Part shown: one piece after another, positions 9,001 through 19,075 of the stretch
Layout of the letters: each line of letters starts with the position of its first letter
Numbering within the stretch: position 1 is the stretch's first letter
NCBI GenBank assembly: GCA_035328345.1
Contig: DAOLIV010000004.1
Span: forward strand, 5,778 to 69,777
DNA: 64,000 bases
Direction of reading: 5' to 3'
Source: Chitinophagaceae bacterium
Lineage (GTDB): Bacteria > Bacteroidota > Bacteroidia > Chitinophagales > Chitinophagaceae
The notes under the pieces: generated by a model
Seen by the model: only the letters and a program-made list of their open reading frames with translations
Told to the model about the DNA's origin: nothing
Databases searched by the model: none
Position numbers and translations under genes: made by a program

Positions 9001-9457
9001 TATACATATTTAAGTGATCCGGGTGGGTTCTTCCAAGTATTACTTCTCGAATCTGCTTAGTTTCTAACGCCATTTGTTCGGCTTCTTCTATTTTTTTTTC
9101 CTTGAAATAAAGCAAGCACAGATTAAAACAGCTTTCAGCATAATCTGCAGATTGTTTACCGTTTATTTTTTCGACAATATCCTTAAACTCCTGATAAAAT
9201 ATTTCAGCGCTATCCAAAGTATTGGTTTGCTCAAATAGCCATCCAATATTACCAACAATGGCTGCATGTGTATTTGTTTGAAAAGAATCTATTGGAAGGT
9301 TTTTTTTTGCCAGTATGAAAAAATTGATTGCCTTGTCGATATTTTTTTCTTCTTTATAAAAAGAAGCACTATCCACATACTGTTTCCAAAGTTGTCCTTG
9401 TGCAGAAGCGGATAGTACCATCAATAACAGCAAAAAAGCTGATCTAACTTTTCTCAT
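6089..9457 (-). CDS. CHAT-domain (caspase-like) peptidase with N-terminal TPR array and signal peptide
   Basis: Repeated ~42-aa TPRs (HPDYA..NNL..Y...G.F..AE); CHAT dyad IHIATHG and LSACETG; C-terminal PYKWAAWVL. Confidence 0.92.
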   Translation of the reverse strand: MRKVRSAFLLLLMVLSASAQGQLWKQYVDSASFYKEEKNIDKAINFFILAKKNLPIDSFQTNTHAAIVGNIGWLFEQTNTLDSAEIFYQEFKDIVEKINGKQSADYAESCFNLCLLYFKEKKIEEAEQMALETKQIREVILGRTHPDHLNMYNVLVSIYAKKNQYDKAISTVVESLEIQREIGKKNLGFVQSNFNLAMLYVETEQDDKAESILKEVLHDIELIDTAGMVKQLNTRIHSIYIISNSNLGRIMGQSGRLKLAESIFLESKEINGSEGIENPDYASSCNNLSIVYTDMGDFERAAAYCKEAKRIREKVLPAGHPEHSNTSNNLARIYMLQGEFEKAEELYLAGIANDIINHKEDTRNHMMALNNLGTLYNSMGLYDKSKEYHLKAKAKREKLFGREDRDYAQSCKNLGDIYTNKGMYEEAEEYYIEAKEIREKKLGRLHNDYASSLNHLGILYSLKGDYKKAEAFLLEAMELREQIPGIGNQHPDYAQCKSDLAGVYYQSGNYTKAEKYYSEALAIYKIAFGEQHPHFVKNCYYLANVYWARNEDEKAKKFYEKGADLLKYQTEKIFKFTNESEQQAYISTATNLQNFFFSFSANQTPTTSKGFLYDQFLLNRNLILGSSRQLRQTIYHTTDTTTKKLYDLWIRKREQLTFWLTEPIQKNPVFVKELTTEADSLEKVLNKKSQLFKTQQESKEINRNQIHHYLKSNEAAIEFQSFQYYNGHRWTDSTYYIALVLRKDKPEPEMIKLFDEKELNDLLKIYKGTSGEQAQINYLYKKKDNNNKTLYDLIWKPLEEKLEGINTVYFAPSGSLFKIAFAALPINEKQALSDKVKLVQLNTTASVVDQVAVTITASDKIILYGGVQYDMDSTAMKLVARQSSENDVVSRSLPEDLTRDGVPEFRYLAGTSKEVNGISKLAEQNKFSISVHEGQYATEESFKSMNGKNSPAVIHIATHGIFFPDPKKFKKNDRAGGYEVFRQSDNPLIRSGLALAGANNAWKGKPVNGVEDGILTSYEISNMYLPKTKLAILSACETGLGDIQGSEGVYGLQRAFKIAGVENLVMSLWKVPDQETSEFMQVFYRNLFYKHNIQDAFYSTQSAMRNKYRNDPYKWAAWVLIR

Positions 9458-9608
9458 AAATGTATTTTAATGATTTACCCAGAAACCACTAATGAGAGAA
9501 ATAACCATAATAAAAACTAACAATTAGTTTAGGCACTGATTAAAGGCAACGGATGGGTAGGAATTTGAGTACTGTTAAGTTACATTTTTTTAATTGGTGT
9601 GATAACAA

Positions 9609-9633
9609 AAAGGCGACCTTATGGGTCGCCTTT
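9609..9633 (-). terminator. Intrinsic terminator closing the atp operon directly after atpA
   Basis: 10-bp stem AAAGGCGACC/GGTCGCCTTT with a U-rich tail on the minus strand. Confidence 0.85.
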
Positions 9634-9654
9634 GTATAAGCAATTTGTTTTGAT

Positions 9655-11235
9655 CTATCCTTTGTATTGAGGTATCAACCCGTTTGCAAGCTCTACCATT
9701 TTCTTGATTCCATCTTCAGGAAGGTTTCCTTTTTTAAACTCTGCCATCACATCCGGTAATTTATTCTCCATTTCCAAAAGGAAGTGATCTTCAAATTCCT
9801 TCACTCTCTTAACCGGGATGTCTTTGATCAAACCATTGGTTCCCAAATAAATAATAGCTACCTGTTTTTCAACCGGGAAAGGTGAGTATTGGGCCTGTTT
9901 CAGAATCTCCACGTTGCGGGCACCCTTATCAATTACATTCTTGGTAGCTGCATCCAGATCACCACCAAATTTGGAGAAAGCTTCTAACTCACGGTAAAGT
10001 GCCTGGTCCAGTTTCAGGGTACCGGCAACTTTTTTCATTGACTTGATCTGAGCATTTCCACCCACACGACTCACAGAAATACCTACGTTGATCGCAGGAC
10101 GAATACCTGAAAGAAACAGGTTTGTTTCCAGAAATATCTGTCCGTCTGTAATAGAAATTACGTTTGTTGGTATATAAGCCGATACGTCACCGGCCTGTGT
10201 TTCGATAATCGGTAATGCAGTTAAAGATCCTCCACCTTTGATCATGTGTTTGATAGAATCAGGAACATCATTCATGTTCTTTGCCACATTATCATCACTG
10301 ATTACTTTGGCAGCTCTTTCTAACAAGCGACTATGGAGATAGAATACATCACCGGGATATGCTTCACGACCCGGAGGACGACGAAGCAATAATGATACTT
10401 CACGATAAGCCACCGCCTGTTTTGACAGATCATCATAAATGATCAATGCCGGGCGACCAGTATCACGGAAAAACTCACCGATCGCAGCACCAGCAAAAGG
10501 CGCATAGAACTGTAATGGTGCAGGATCAGAAGCAGAAGCTGCAACGATAGTTGTATACTCCATCGCACCATTGTCCTGCAAGGTTTTCATCACATTGGCA
10601 ATAGTTGAAGCTTTCTGACCTATCGCCACATATATACAGTAAACCGGTTTACCGGCATTATAAAACTCTTTTTGATTGATAATTGTATCAATACAAATGG
10701 CAGTTTTGCCGGTTTGGCGGTCACCAATTACCAATTCCCTTTGACCACGACCGATCGGGATCATTGCATCAATGGCTTTGATACCTGTTTGCAAAGGTTC
10801 CTTTACCGGCTCACGGAATATCACTCCCGGTGCTTTTCTTTCCAGGGGCATTTCATATCGTTCACCAGTTATAGGTCCTTTACCGTCAATCGGGTCACCC
10901 AAAGTGTTTACCACACGGCCAACCATACCTTCACCTACTTTAATTGATGCGATCTGGCCTGTGCGGCGTACTTTGGAACCTTCTTCGATCTTTCCTGTTT
11001 CCCCCATCAATACCACACCCACATTATCTTCCTCCAGGTTTAATGCAATTGCACGAACACCATTTTCAAATTCCACAAGTTCACCGTAGCGAACATTACC
11101 AAGCCCATATACCCGGGCAATACCATCCCCTACCTGCAATACAGTTCCTACTTCTTCCAGGTCAGCAGAAGCATTGAAGTTGCTTAACTGCTGGCGGAGT
11201 ATCGCACTTATCTCATCAGGTTTAATGTCTGCCAT
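9655..11235 (-). CDS. atpA: F0F1 ATP synthase subunit alpha
   Basis: GDRQTGKT Walker A; [23 protein letters not shown]. Confidence 0.99.
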   Translation of the reverse strand: MADIKPDEISAILRQQLSNFNASADLEEVGTVLQVGDGIARVYGLGNVRYGELVEFENGVRAIALNLEEDNVGVVLMGETGKIEEGSKVRRTGQIASIKVGEGMVGRVVNTLGDPIDGKGPITGERYEMPLERKAPGVIFREPVKEPLQTGIKAIDAMIPIGRGQRELVIGDRQTGKTAICIDTIINQKEFYNAGKPVYCIYVAIGQKASTIANVMKTLQDNGAMEYTTIVAASASDPAPLQFYAPFAGAAIGEFFRDTGRPALIIYDDLSKQAVAYREVSLLLRRPPGREAYPGDVFYLHSRLLERAAKVISDDNVAKNMNDVPDSIKHMIKGGGSLTALPIIETQAGDVSAYIPTNVISITDGQIFLETNLFLSGIRPAINVGISVSRVGGNAQIKSMKKVAGTLKLDQALYRELEAFSKFGGDLDAATKNVIDKGARNVEILKQAQYSPFPVEKQVAIIYLGTNGLIKDIPVKRVKEFEDHFLLEMENKLPDVMAEFKKGNLPEDGIKKMVELANGLIPQYKG

Positions 11236-11266
11236 ATTTTTATGTTTATCTTTTTTTGAAAGTATA

Positions 11267-11830
11267 TTATCTTATCCTATATATGAAATCGTTATTCTCA
11301 AATTGCTTGGCAATTGCTTTCAGATCGTAAGCAACACTTGCATCAACTAATTTATCACCAACCTGCAATACAAATCCCCCTATTAAATCGGGATTAACTT
11401 TTTCTTCCACTTCCACTTTATCAAAACCAGCGGTTTTTTTCACTTGTTCTATTAAAGCATTTCGTGTAGCATCGCTTACCGGAGCAGCTGTAGTCAGTTT
11501 AATTATATGAATATTCTTATACTCTTTGTAACCGGCAATAAATGCAGGAATAATTTCAGGTAAATGGCTTTCCCTGTTTTTTGTAATCAATAATTGAATA
11601 AACCTTTGAGTAAGCTCACTGATATTGCCAGAAATTACCGTTTGAATTATCTTCCGTTTGGTATCAGATTTAATGATGGGACTACGTAAAAGATTGACAA
11701 ACTCACGGCTGCTTTTACATACATCCTGCAGCCAGTTCATATCAGCAAATACCTGCTCTAGCTGACCTTTCTCAATGGCCAGGTCAATTATTGATTTGGC
11801 ATATCTATGTGCTAAACGGGGATTGGGCAT
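11267..11830 (-). CDS. atpH: ATP synthase F1 subunit delta
   Basis: RYAKS N-terminus, [17 protein letters not shown]; operon position. Confidence 0.97.
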   Translation of the reverse strand: MPNPRLAHRYAKSIIDLAIEKGQLEQVFADMNWLQDVCKSSREFVNLLRSPIIKSDTKRKIIQTVISGNISELTQRFIQLLITKNRESHLPEIIPAFIAGYKEYKNIHIIKLTTAAPVSDATRNALIEQVKKTAGFDKVEVEEKVNPDLIGGFVLQVGDKLVDASVAYDLKAIAKQFENNDFIYRIR

Positions 11831-11866
11831 CTTCTATAAATAAATCAGGCTTGTCGCCTTTTTTTC

Positions 11867-12361
11867 TTAGTTTAATTTTACTTCGTTGACCAGCGATTGT
11901 ATGTGCTCTTCCTGCACCTGCTTATTACTGAATTCACGACGCAGTACTTTTTCTGTTGTTTCGAGCACCAACTTACCTACCTGGTTTTTCACATCTGTTA
12001 ATGCGGCCATTTTTTGTGCTTCGATAGCTGCCTGGGCTTCGGTTACAATCTTACCGGCTTCTACTTTTGCTTGCTCCTTTGCTTCATTAATAATTTTATC
12101 TTTTGTTTCTCTTGCTTCTTTTAGAAGCTGGGCTCTTTCTTCACGGGCTTTTGCAAGCAGAGCTTCATTTTCACTTTTCATCTGGGCCATTTCGGCCTTT
12201 ACCCTTTCTGCAGTCTCCAATGAGCTGGAAATAGTATTTTCTCTTTCACGAAGTCCCTTGATAATTGCAGGCCAGGCAAATTTCGCAAGGATGAAAAACA
12301 CTACCAGGAATGCCAGAAGTGTCCAGAGGAGTAAGCCAAATTCAGGAGTAAGCAATTTCAT
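11867..12361 (-). CDS. atpF: ATP synthase F0 subunit b
   Basis: N-terminal TM (KFAWPAI) followed by a coiled coil; operon position. Confidence 0.97.
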   Translation of the reverse strand: MKLLTPEFGLLLWTLLAFLVVFFILAKFAWPAIIKGLRERENTISSSLETAERVKAEMAQMKSENEALLAKAREERAQLLKEARETKDKIINEAKEQAKVEAGKIVTEAQAAIEAQKMAALTDVKNQVGKLVLETTEKVLRREFSNKQVQEEHIQSLVNEVKLN

Positions 12362-12395
12362 ATATCTAACTTTTCAAATTCTTTCTTGGTTGATT

Positions 12396-12415
12396 CCCTT
12401 CGACAAGCTCAGGGT
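12396..12415. repeat. Single REP-like palindromic element (CCCTTCGACAAGCTCAGGGT)
   Basis: CCCT..AGGG ends; resembles the CCCTTCGACAAGCTCAGGG-type repetitive extragenic palindromes as I recall them; only one copy seen in the window. Confidence 0.5.
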
Positions 12416-12421
12416 TTAAAA

Positions 12422-12456
12422 TACTGCATCCTCCGCCCTGTGCATTGGATGCAGTA
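12422..12456 (-). terminator. 10-bp hairpin between atpE and atpF (partial terminator or mRNA-stabilising stem)
   Basis: TACTGCATCC/GGATGCAGTA stem followed by TTTTAAA on the minus strand. Confidence 0.6.
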
Positions 12457-12473
12457 AATTTTGTTGCCTGGTA

Positions 12474-12740
<267 letters not shown>

Positions 12741-12749
12741 TTAAAAAAA

Positions 12750-13907
12750 CTAAACTATTACTGCCTCTGCATGATGATCCGTATCATCATGACCTCCTTC
12801 AAACGCCTGGCCGATAAATACGGCAGTTAACATGGCAAAAATGAATGCCTGTATAAATGCAACCAGCACTTCAATGAAATAAATAAAAATTGTGAACCCT
12901 ACAGCCAAGGGAGATGCTCCCCAGCCTGCGTAATGACTCAATTGCCCGAAAATAAAAATCAGTGAGATCAGACATATAATGATAATATGCCCCGCCACCA
13001 TGTTGGCAAAAAGACGAATGATCAACGCAAAAGGCTTAATAAACACACTCAAAAATTCCACCGGCACCAGGATTAATTTTACGCCAAATGGAACACCCGG
13101 CGGGTTAAAAATATGACCCCAGTAATGTTTGTTAGAGCTGAAAAGAATAACGACAAACGAAATCACTCCAAGTACCAGTGTAAATGCAATATTTCCCGTT
13201 ACGTTTGCTGATCCGGGTATTAATCCAAAAAGGTTATTGATCAGGATAAAAAAGAAAAGCGTCAGTAAGTAAGGCAGATACTTTTCATACTTAGCTCCAA
13301 GATTAGGCTTCGCCACTTCGTCTCTTACAAATGTAATTACCGGTTCCAGCAGGCTTTGAGAACCCTTGGGAGCCGTTTTAACACCAATGCCCTTTTTATA
13401 TCTTTTTGCTATGCGAAGCATGATCCATGTAAACACTAAAAGTGCAAGGATCATTTGCACCACATTGCGGGTAAGTGACAGATCGTAAACCTTTACCGAT
13501 GGATCATAATTTCCGTTTGTATCGATTGCAATAATATCTTCTGGAGAAAATTTTTTGGGGTCGAGTCCCATTTCATGAATACTATGCTCAGTAAGGATCC
13601 GGTAACCTTTATAATCTTCATGACCATGGTGGAATTTGGATGACATGAAAGAAACAAAGCCTTTTTGCGGAGAATATATGATAACAGGAAGCGGAATTGA
13701 TACCGGCTTTCCTCCAACCTCCATGAAATGGAATTCATGTCCATTTAAAACGTGGCCAAAAATAATCTCAGCTGCTTTAAACCCCTCTTTTTTACCTTCT
13801 TCGTCACCTTCGCCATCGCCAGCATGAACCGGAATAGAAAAAATCAACAAAAAAATGCTGAAAACCGCTACAGTAAAGGATTTGAAAGACTTTACAAACA
13901 TACCCAT
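12750..13907 (-). CDS. atpB: ATP synthase F0 subunit a (long Bacteroidota form)
   Basis: LIIRLFANMVAGH and IQAFIF motifs; TATCTTTG -7 box just upstream. Confidence 0.97.
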   Translation of the reverse strand: MGMFVKSFKSFTVAVFSIFLLIFSIPVHAGDGEGDEEGKKEGFKAAEIIFGHVLNGHEFHFMEVGGKPVSIPLPVIIYSPQKGFVSFMSSKFHHGHEDYKGYRILTEHSIHEMGLDPKKFSPEDIIAIDTNGNYDPSVKVYDLSLTRNVVQMILALLVFTWIMLRIAKRYKKGIGVKTAPKGSQSLLEPVITFVRDEVAKPNLGAKYEKYLPYLLTLFFFILINNLFGLIPGSANVTGNIAFTLVLGVISFVVILFSSNKHYWGHIFNPPGVPFGVKLILVPVEFLSVFIKPFALIIRLFANMVAGHIIIICLISLIFIFGQLSHYAGWGASPLAVGFTIFIYFIEVLVAFIQAFIFAMLTAVFIGQAFEGGHDDTDHHAEAVIV

Positions 13908-14058
13908 CCTGAAATTTGGCGCAAAGATAAGGGTGGAAGGACAAAAACGAACTGTAATTCAAAGGATTTTACTGAATAAAAATCGAAGCGTATCTGTTTG
14001 AAAAATCTCAAGAAAAACGGCATAAAAACAGTGGTTTTCAATGCTATATAATTCCCGT

Positions 14059-15828
14059 TCAGGAAGCCGCTCTCCTCTTATTTTCAAATTGCATTTCATA
14101 TAGCTGGGAATAATATCCTCCTTTTTGCAATAATTCTTCATGAGTGCCAATTTCTTTCAATTCACCTTTATCTAAAACGATGATTTTATCTGCCTTTCGT
14201 ATGGTAGATAGACGATGGGCTATGACTATTGAAGTTCTGCCTTTAATCAGGGTATCAATAGCATGCTGGATTAGCATTTCACTTTCTGTATCTACGGAAG
14301 ATGTGGCTTCATCTAATATAAGTATAGAAGGATCATATAGCATTGCCCTTATAAAAGAGAGTAGCTGACGTTGACCCAACGACAAAGTAGCCCCTCTTTC
14401 CATAACATTATAATCATATCCGCCGGGTAGTTGCATAATGAAATCATGCATATCGATCATTTTGGCGGCATCAATAACTTTTTGCCTTGAAATTGCGGGG
14501 TTTCTCAGTGTAATATTATCAATTACTGAACCTGAAAAAAGAAACACATCCTGCAATACAACCCCTATTTTTCCTCGTAAGCTATCCAACCTGAAATCTT
14601 CTATATTAATACCATCAACTTTGATAAACCCTTTTTGTATATGATATAATCGGTTCAGCAAACTAATAATTGTGGTTTTGCCACTTCCAGTATGACCCAC
14701 AATGGCCACTGTTTCTCCGGGTTTTACAGAAAAACTCAAATCCCTTAAAACAAACTGATTGCTGTTATATCCAAACCATACATTTTCAAATTCAACAGCT
14801 CCCTCAATTCTCCCAGGTGAGTAATTACCTTCCTTTTGAATGTAATCATCGTTATCCATCACTTTAAAAACCCTTTCGCTGGCAATAATTCCCATTTGCA
14901 GAACATTGAATTTATCAGCAATCACCCGAAGCGGACGAAATAAAAGATTCATACAAAGTATAAAGGAGATAATTGTTCCCTGCTGACTTTGCTGAAGTTG
15001 CAGTGCCTCTTTCGATGTCCACCAAACAATCAACCCGATTGACAATGCCAGTACAATCTCAACCAACGGGAAAAAAACTGAGTAAGCAAAAATGGCTTTG
15101 ATATTTGCATTCCTGTGTTCCCTGTTTATTTTTTTGAATTTGTTGAACTCCTTCTCTTCAACGGCAAAAGCCTGAACTATCTGCATTCCTGTTAAATGTT
15201 CCTGTACAAAGGCATTTAATGCAGCTACGGCATTTCTTACTTTTAAAAAAGAGCGGTTGATACTTTCCTTAAAATACCAGGTAGCTATCAGCATGATGGG
15301 GAAAGGTATCAATGCGATCAACGTTAGCTGCCAGTCTGTCCAGAACATATAAGTAAGTACACATATTATGGAAAGAAAATCAGCAATTATTGGAACCAGG
15401 CCGTCTGAAAAAATATCGTTGATCGACTCTATATCATTAATAGTTCGTGTTGTTAAGGTTCCAATAGGCGTTTTGTCAAATTGAGAAAGATTCAGTCCGA
15501 GAATTTTCTGGTATACCGCAACACGAATATCTCTTACAACCGACTGGCCCAGCCATGCTGTAATAAATGAGAAAAGAAATCGCATTAATGTTTCAATAAT
15601 TATAAGTCCAACCTGTATAATAGTGATGTTAATCACCATTTGCGCCATGGAGTTGGCGATATAATTATTCACAGTCTTTTGAATCAACAGCGGCCTGAGG
15701 GGTGTGATAAGGGCCAATAATATTGCCAGAACAACGGAGAAATAAAACTTCTTCTTGTACGGTGCTGCATAACTGAAAACCCTTCGCAGCATACTGACGT
15801 CAAAAAATCTTTTTCTGGCTACTTTCAA
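14059..15828 (-). CDS. ABC exporter, fused permease/ATP-binding (MdlB/MsbA-like)
   Basis: Six TM segments; GHTGSGKT, LSLGQRQ, ILILDEATSS, IAHRLST. Confidence 0.95.
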   Translation of the reverse strand: MKVARKRFFDVSMLRRVFSYAAPYKKKFYFSVVLAILLALITPLRPLLIQKTVNNYIANSMAQMVINITIIQVGLIIIETLMRFLFSFITAWLGQSVVRDIRVAVYQKILGLNLSQFDKTPIGTLTTRTINDIESINDIFSDGLVPIIADFLSIICVLTYMFWTDWQLTLIALIPFPIMLIATWYFKESINRSFLKVRNAVAALNAFVQEHLTGMQIVQAFAVEEKEFNKFKKINREHRNANIKAIFAYSVFFPLVEIVLALSIGLIVWWTSKEALQLQQSQQGTIISFILCMNLLFRPLRVIADKFNVLQMGIIASERVFKVMDNDDYIQKEGNYSPGRIEGAVEFENVWFGYNSNQFVLRDLSFSVKPGETVAIVGHTGSGKTTIISLLNRLYHIQKGFIKVDGINIEDFRLDSLRGKIGVVLQDVFLFSGSVIDNITLRNPAISRQKVIDAAKMIDMHDFIMQLPGGYDYNVMERGATLSLGQRQLLSFIRAMLYDPSILILDEATSSVDTESEMLIQHAIDTLIKGRTSIVIAHRLSTIRKADKIIVLDKGELKEIGTHEELLQKGGYYSQLYEMQFENKRRAAS

Positions 15829-15870
15829 AGTAAATTTTTATGAAAAGCAAATGTAGAAAGAAGGTAACGA

Positions 15871-18135
15871 TTAAAAACCTTTTAAATCATCTTCATCAGT
15901 ATCACCCATTGCTATTTTATAGGCTTTTATAAATAATGCACCCAGGTTTTTATATGGAGGAATATAATCTTCAAATTCTTTCGCAGTTACCATACCATCA
16001 AGCTCTTTCCAGAAAGGGATCCAGTCAATATTATTACCATTTCTTACTTTTTCAGTTAACAGCAAAAAGAAGGGTTTGTTTACTTCTGTAGCACCAATTT
16101 GTTTGGAAGCGATAATATGTGCATCTGGAGCTTTTTCCAACACATCATGTATAAGATGGTAACCCCCGCAAGAACCCAGGAATACAATTTTCGAAGAAGA
16201 AAACATTTGGGCTATTGTAGCATCAGCATAATAACTATGACCCCGATGAATAGTAATAGCCGGGAAAAGACTATTCTTTTCCATGTATGTACATAGTTCT
16301 TTCTGAGCAATTTCGTCTTCCCCGGTCTCTTCGGGTAATGGACGATTAGCAAAAATGGTGATTGGCTTTCCTTTGGCGGATGTAATACTTACCCAATATT
16401 TACTGCTCCCATCAATTTTCCAGTTTGAATTGCTAAACATACCTACAAATCCCCTGAAAATTCCCTGACCGTCTTTATCCCCGTAAAAGAAAACCTGCAT
16501 GATCACACGGCTACTGTCATTAAGCATAGATTTATACGGCACCTCGTATACCGGCGGAATTCCAAGCTCTTTTGTAAGATCAATTTTATTGGCAGTATCT
16601 GCAGACAAGAAGAGATCATTCAGAATTTTATAGATCGCCATTCCTCTTTTATTTCCCGTTGCCTCATTTCTTCGGTAATTATGTTGAATATTTCTCATCA
16701 TCTCATCTGCAAGAGGTTTGATGGTCTCAGCAATACTGGCATAAGAGTCTGCTACGTCTACGCCATCTTCAAGTCCATCGCCATTTTCGAGTCTTCCCAC
16801 AAATGCCCTCATCAGTTTAGCCGCATAAGTTTCGTCGCCTGTTTTAGCAGGTTGGGGGAAGCTGTTCAGAAAATCACTTAAAGTATTATAGCCTGCTGCC
16901 ATTTTGATAAACTTCCTGTATTTATCAAAACCAACTACTGTCAGCAAGGAATCACCTTTGTAGTTGATCTTTTTCATCATCAACGGATATACTCCTTTTA
17001 CAAAACTGGAAGTATAAATGGACCCGTCTGAAGAAACAGCCAGGTAATATAATTCCTCTGCATTTAAAGGTTGAATACTACGAAACCTGACTTCAGCGCT
17101 TTCAGTATGCAGACCATTGATAATATTTACAAAATTCTCTTTGGCTTTCTTTTCAAGTCTCCTTGTAAGACTTGAAAATTCATATGCGGTGTCCTTATTT
17201 AAGGCTCTATGTACATATTCAATTTGTGTTTTTACAAGAAGCTGATAATATTTAAGTGAATCATCCTTTGCAGCATCTATATCTTCATATTTCATTTTTC
17301 CTTTAACAATATTGTCCAGAAAGCAGAAGTATTGCTGTCCATCTTTGCTTCTTGCCATTTTAACCACTGCTTCAACAAAATTGTCATCTTTTATACCACG
17401 GATAATAACTCCGAGCCTGTTATTGGCTTGTGCATAATCATATAACTGGCGAGGATAAATACGGGCCATTTTTCTTATCAGACTATCCGCAAAAGGAACA
17501 TCAGGATTTTGCTGGAGCGTTGAAAAAGTTTTTTCCGGGTGGAGTGCACAATACTTTAATATCAGGCCATCCTTAATGGCTGCATAACCTGCATTTTTAT
17601 CAAAAATGGATGCGGCCAAAAGATTTGTTCCTACATCATAAGGTAAACCAAGAACTATTTTCTCAATTGTTTCATTCTTCCTGTTTTTAGCAATACACTG
17701 TTCATATACATCAAGAATGACAGCAAAGTGAAGCGGGTTAACTCTTTTATCTGATCTGATTTTCCAGTTCTGGCGGAAATATTTTAAAAGATTTTCAAGT
17801 CCTGATAAATAGATCACTTTAAGACGGTGATCAAACAGGCTGTCTGTTTCAATTTTGTATTGGAGAAGGTCTACCCCTTTTGTTACGGCTCTTGTGACAA
17901 GAAGATTTACCTCTTCTTTCTGAGACGGAGTAAAAGACTGATCAGCTTTACCGTCGGATTCAAGGATGCCTTTTTGTTCTGCATCTATCAATTCATGGTT
18001 TCGCAACCGTTTGAATTCAGGGTTATAATCTGCAGGAATTACCAGTGTATCTTTCACAAACAGACCCTGTGCACCAACCTCACTGAAAATGGACAGGAAA
18101 AGAATAAAAACCAGATATCTGTATATAGCTATCAT
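15871..18135 (-). CDS. Secreted hypothetical protein, 754 aa; C-terminal His/Cys motif pair suggests a possible clan CD-like peptidase domain
   Basis: Long ORF with signal peptide; ITIHRGHSY and IVFLGSCGG near the C-terminus. Function is inferred. Confidence 0.75.
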   Translation of the reverse strand: MIAIYRYLVFILFLSIFSEVGAQGLFVKDTLVIPADYNPEFKRLRNHELIDAEQKGILESDGKADQSFTPSQKEEVNLLVTRAVTKGVDLLQYKIETDSLFDHRLKVIYLSGLENLLKYFRQNWKIRSDKRVNPLHFAVILDVYEQCIAKNRKNETIEKIVLGLPYDVGTNLLAASIFDKNAGYAAIKDGLILKYCALHPEKTFSTLQQNPDVPFADSLIRKMARIYPRQLYDYAQANNRLGVIIRGIKDDNFVEAVVKMARSKDGQQYFCFLDNIVKGKMKYEDIDAAKDDSLKYYQLLVKTQIEYVHRALNKDTAYEFSSLTRRLEKKAKENFVNIINGLHTESAEVRFRSIQPLNAEELYYLAVSSDGSIYTSSFVKGVYPLMMKKINYKGDSLLTVVGFDKYRKFIKMAAGYNTLSDFLNSFPQPAKTGDETYAAKLMRAFVGRLENGDGLEDGVDVADSYASIAETIKPLADEMMRNIQHNYRRNEATGNKRGMAIYKILNDLFLSADTANKIDLTKELGIPPVYEVPYKSMLNDSSRVIMQVFFYGDKDGQGIFRGFVGMFSNSNWKIDGSSKYWVSITSAKGKPITIFANRPLPEETGEDEIAQKELCTYMEKNSLFPAITIHRGHSYYADATIAQMFSSSKIVFLGSCGGYHLIHDVLEKAPDAHIIASKQIGATEVNKPFFLLLTEKVRNGNNIDWIPFWKELDGMVTAKEFEDYIPPYKNLGALFIKAYKIAMGDTDEDDLKGF

Positions 18136-18264
18136 AAGGATCGAACATCAAAGTTAATAAGACCCGCCGAATAACTCCACAGGGGAGTTTTACATTGATT
18201 CAGACGGTTTTAGGCAATAAAAGGGTGCAGGAAAGAAATACGATACCGCACAGCTTCTCAACAG

Positions 18265-18292
18265 ATTAAGTTTTTATTAAGTCTGGGTAAAC
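18265..18292. promoter_or_regulatory. Three 11-bp-period direct repeats (ATTAAG, ATTAAG, GTAAAC) upstream of the response regulator; -7 box TAGGTTTG at 18329-18336
   Basis: Repeats start at 18265, 18276 and 18287. Confidence 0.5.
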
Positions 18293-18355
18293 AAATACAT
18301 GTAAATTTCACTACCGTTTATTTTCCTTTAGGTTTGCGCAAAATTTTTACCAGAA

Positions 18356-19033
18356 ATGGAAACAAAGCCCCGGAAAGTTCTGATAGCTGATGATGAGCCG
18401 GATATTCTTGAAATTCTTAAATATAATCTTGCAGCCGAGGGTTATGAAGTAATTACCGCAAAAGATGGTGATGAAGCTCTGGAAAAGGCACGCCGCACTC
18501 AACCTGACCTGATCGTTTTAGATATTATGATGCCCAAAAAAACAGGTGTGGAAGTTTGCCAGTTGTTGCGTTCCCAGGCAGGTTTTAAGGAAACGTTGAT
18601 TATTTTTTTAACTGCGGTAAATGATGAAGGAACGCAGATAAAAGGACTTGAAACAGGCGCTGACGATTATGTCAGCAAACCTATAAGCCCTAAGGTTTTT
18701 ATGAGCCGGGTGAATGCACTGTTCCGCAGGCTTAATAAAACAGAAGCCCGGATACTTAAAATAGAAAATATGACTATAGATCCGGAACGATTTATAGTTA
18801 TGGTTGGAGACACCGAAGTCATCCTTGCAAAAAAAGAATTTGAACTTTTATATTTATTGGCACTTAAACCAGGTCGGGTATTTCTCCGCAATGAAATTTT
18901 AAACCAGGTTTGGGGCAATGATGTAATTGTTGGTGACCGAACAATCGATGTACATATCCGGAAGATCCGTCAAAAACTCGGGGTTGACTGTATCACTACT
19001 GTAAAGGGTGTTGGTTACAAATTTGAGTTGTAA
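18356..19033 (+). CDS. phoB: OmpR/PhoB-family response regulator, probable phosphate regulon regulator
   Basis: Receiver domain (LDIMMP, GADDYVSKP) and winged helix (RTIDVHIRKIRQKL, TVKGVGYKF); the phosphate-gene context supports the symbol. Confidence 0.8.
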   Translation: METKPRKVLIADDEPDILEILKYNLAAEGYEVITAKDGDEALEKARRTQPDLIVLDIMMPKKTGVEVCQLLRSQAGFKETLIIFLTAVNDEGTQIKGLETGADDYVSKPISPKVFMSRVNALFRRLNKTEARILKIENMTIDPERFIVMVGDTEVILAKKEFELLYLLALKPGRVFLRNEILNQVWGNDVIVGDRTIDVHIRKIRQKLGVDCITTVKGVGYKFEL

Positions 19034-19075
19034 CAGATTGGTTTAATACCGGCAGCGTATCCCGTAAATTGCAGC

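Noticed and set aside
6089-9457. CHAT protease as part of a type III-E (Craspase) CRISPR system
   Set aside because: No array or cas gene in the window, and the protein has a signal peptide.
11847-11866. Small hairpin plus T-run between atpF and atpH
   Set aside because: Only a 4-bp stem, and the T-run is on the non-coding strand.
11886-12419. 177-aa plus-strand ORF and the many other 60-160 aa track ORFs inside longer genes
   Set aside because: Antisense or frame-shifted shadows of well-supported genes, with no recognisable motifs.
13959-14150. 63-aa ORF upstream of atpB, possible atpI
   Set aside because: Not hydrophobic, overlaps the ABC gene end, and a -7 box lies between it and atpB.
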